Source: Octopus sinensis (taxonomy: Eukaryota). From it: DNA of 64,000 bases. The stretch is taken from NCBI RefSeq assembly GCF_006345805.1, contig NC_043015.1, positions 49,662,001 to 49,726,000 of the forward strand, given 5' to 3'. This document shows positions 61,767 to 64,000 of the stretch, in pieces. The position numbers were made by a program, and so were the translations under genes. The notes below the pieces were generated by a model. The model did no database searches. It saw only the letters and a program-made list of their open reading frames with translations, and was not told the origin of the DNA. How positions within the stretch are numbered: position 1 is the stretch's first letter; every line of letters begins with the position of its first letter.

Positions 61767-62150
61767 GCGCAGGAGTGGCTGTGTGGTAAGTAGCTTGCTA
61801 ACCAACCTCATGGTTCCGGGTTAAGTCCCACTGCGTGGCATCTTGGGCAAGTGTCTTCTGCTATAGCCCCGGGCCGACCAATGCCTTGTGAGTAGATTTG
61901 GTAGACGGAAACTGAAAGAAGCCTATCGTATATATGTATATATATATGTATGTGTGTGTTTGTGTGTCTGTGTTTGTCCCCCTAGCATTGCTTGACAACC
62001 AATGATGGTGTGTTTTCGTCCCCGTAAGCTAGCGGTTTGGCAAAAAGAGACCGATAGAATAAGTACTGGGCTTACAAAGAATAAGTCCCGGGGTCGATTT
62101 GCTCGACTAAAGGCGGTGCTCCAGCATGGCCGCAGTCAAATGACTGAAAC
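61767..62150 (+). mobile_element. SINE family B, full length
   Basis: Matches 10272-10671. Confidence 0.88.
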
Positions 62151-62364
62151 ACGACCGAATATAGAATTTATATATAAAATCTAGCACCGAAGGCCAGAGC
62201 TGTAGGAGATCGCATGATTTGCTAGAAATAGCAACCATGTCTCCCTCAAACCAGAACTCTCCGTTTTAAAGTGAGACACATTTGATAATGTATTCCAAGG
62301 TAGACTAACTTCGAGAATAAAAGACAATGTATCTACATCTATAGCTGGGTCTGTCTTACGTTTC

Positions 62365-62936
62365 TTATTTCTTTACTGCCCAGAAGGGGCTAAACGCAGA
62401 AGGGACAGACAAACGGATTAAGTCGATTATATCGACCCCAGTGCGTAACTAGTATTTATTTAATCGACCCTGAAACGATGAAAGGCAAAGTCGACCTCGG
62501 CGGAATTTGAACTCAGAACGTAGCGGCAGACAAAATACCTATTTCTTTACTACCCACAAGGGGCTACACACAGACAAAGGGATTAAGTCGATTATATCGA
62601 CCCCAGTGCGTAACTGGTACTTATTTAATCGACCCCGAAAGGATGAAAGACAAGGTTGACCTCGGCGGAATTTGACTCAGAACGTAAAGACGAGCGAAAT
62701 ACCTATTTCTTTACGACCCACAAGGGGCTAAACACAGAAGGGACAAACAAGGACAGACAAAGGGATTAAGTCGATTATATCGACCCCAGTGCGTAACTGG
62801 TACTTATTTAATCGACCCCGAAAGGATGAAAGGCACAGTCGACCTCGGTGGAATTTGAACTCAGAACGTAACGGCAGACGAAATACGGCTACGCATTTCG
62901 CCCGGCGTGCTAACGGTTCTGCCAGCTCGCCGCCTT
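62365..62936 (-). mobile_element. SINE family A concatemer (head plus three body units)
   Basis: Junction AAATACCTATTTCTTT (reverse complement) at about 62535 and 62700. Confidence 0.87.
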
Positions 62937-63704
62937 CTTCGCCAATACATATGTGTGTGCGTATGCGTGTGTGTAGAAATATGCAAATAATGCGACAAAG
63001 CGATAAACCGGGATATTAAATACTACAGCATTTAACCTCTCCAGCTTGAATATCTAATAATATTTCTTCCGGATGACTTCAGTCAAACCTAAACATGAGT
63101 GTGCATCTCTCCGTTTGTGGGTTGCTGTGCTCTTTCCCCTCTTCTCTTCCACCACTTCTGCTCTCTCTCGCCCTCTTTATTCTCTCTCTCTCTCTCCCCC
63201 CCTCCCTTTTTCTGCTCGTTGAAAATCTGTTTCATATTTGAATCCAATTACAATCTAGTTAAAATTCCTTATACAGTTACTGTTGGTGGGTGGGTGGGTG
63301 GGTGATGGAGGAGGCCGTGGTGCAGGCGGCGGCGGCGGCAATCGTTTATGTCGTTAAAACCACTTTTTGACTTCATGATTAATTTGCGCATATGTCTCAT
63401 TAAAGAAAAGCAACAAAAAAAAAAATTTTTTTAAGACTAGTCCCTTAGGGGCGTACCACCGACGACTTCCGTTCCGTATCGCGTATCTAGGGCAAATCAG
63501 CACTACTGTACTTAACCATCCCTAAGTTATAGAACCCACAAGAAACCTTCAACTGTCTAAACACTACATGTTTACCACCGTTTCTCTGTTGGTTAGCTGT
63601 GCCACCACCTGATGGTACCTATTAACAGCTAAACGAAGTGAGCTGTTGAAATTTAAGTGTCTTGACGTCGGGCTATCGTAGGATACGGAACGAGAACCCA
63701 TTGG

Positions 63705-63946
63705 TGTGTAGTTTCGTATCTTGTTTACTTTGTGATTCGATATTTTGACAGCGGCCATACTGGAGTACCGCCTCTCGTCGAACATATCGACTCCAGGACT
63801 TATTTTTTGTAAGCCTAATATTTATTTATTCTATCGGTCTTTTTTGCCGAATCGCTAAGTTACGAAGACGTAAACACCAACATCGATTATCAAGCGATTG
63901 GGAGGCGCGAACACAGACACAAAGACATATAAATACATACATACGT

Positions 63947-63983
<37 letters not shown>

Positions 63984-64000
63984 CGCCGGGCTTCTTTCAG
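63705..64000 (-). mobile_element. SINE family B 3' part, truncated by the window end
   Basis: Reverse complement of tail and body. Confidence 0.8.

Noticed and set aside
51512-64000. Third ankyrin (PLHDAVENDH-like) and PUFD exons
   Set aside because: Searched by eye in all plus frames and not found; presumed beyond the window, so not annotated.

Overview
Eukaryotic, AT-rich, microsatellite- and SINE-dense genomic DNA, most likely from a coleoid cephalopod (Octopus sp.; inferred from the repeat families and intron architecture). The window lies inside one plus-strand gene, a BCL-6 corepressor (BCOR/BCORL1) homolog. Five coding exons join with compatible phases: a 4.5 kb low-complexity exon (2738-7213) with PLDLS/PLDLT CtBP-type motifs, 16187-16229, 18057-18616, and two ankyrin-repeat exons (46838-46939, 51345-51511) that read almost like human BCOR. 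A probable 5' leader exon ends at 760. I did not find the third ankyrin or PUFD exons, so they probably lie beyond base 64000. The introns hold three tRNA-derived SINE families, RTE-type 3' tails, hAT, mariner, Helitron and other non-autonomous DNA elements, a Penelope-like end with a broken hammerhead, and many simple repeats. Most short ORFs in the track are artefacts of these repeats. No complete novel system is demonstrable from sequence alone. The best leads are: (i) an in-frame uORF ending in UAG-CUAG 18 nt before the BCOR start; (ii) candidate internal first exons and an antisense spliced unit sharing a TCACTGACGTAAA motif; (iii) a 135 bp GC-rich structured insert; (iv) a 234 bp fold-back; (v) SINE concatemers with a fixed junction. 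Splice models are inferred, not transcript-supported.
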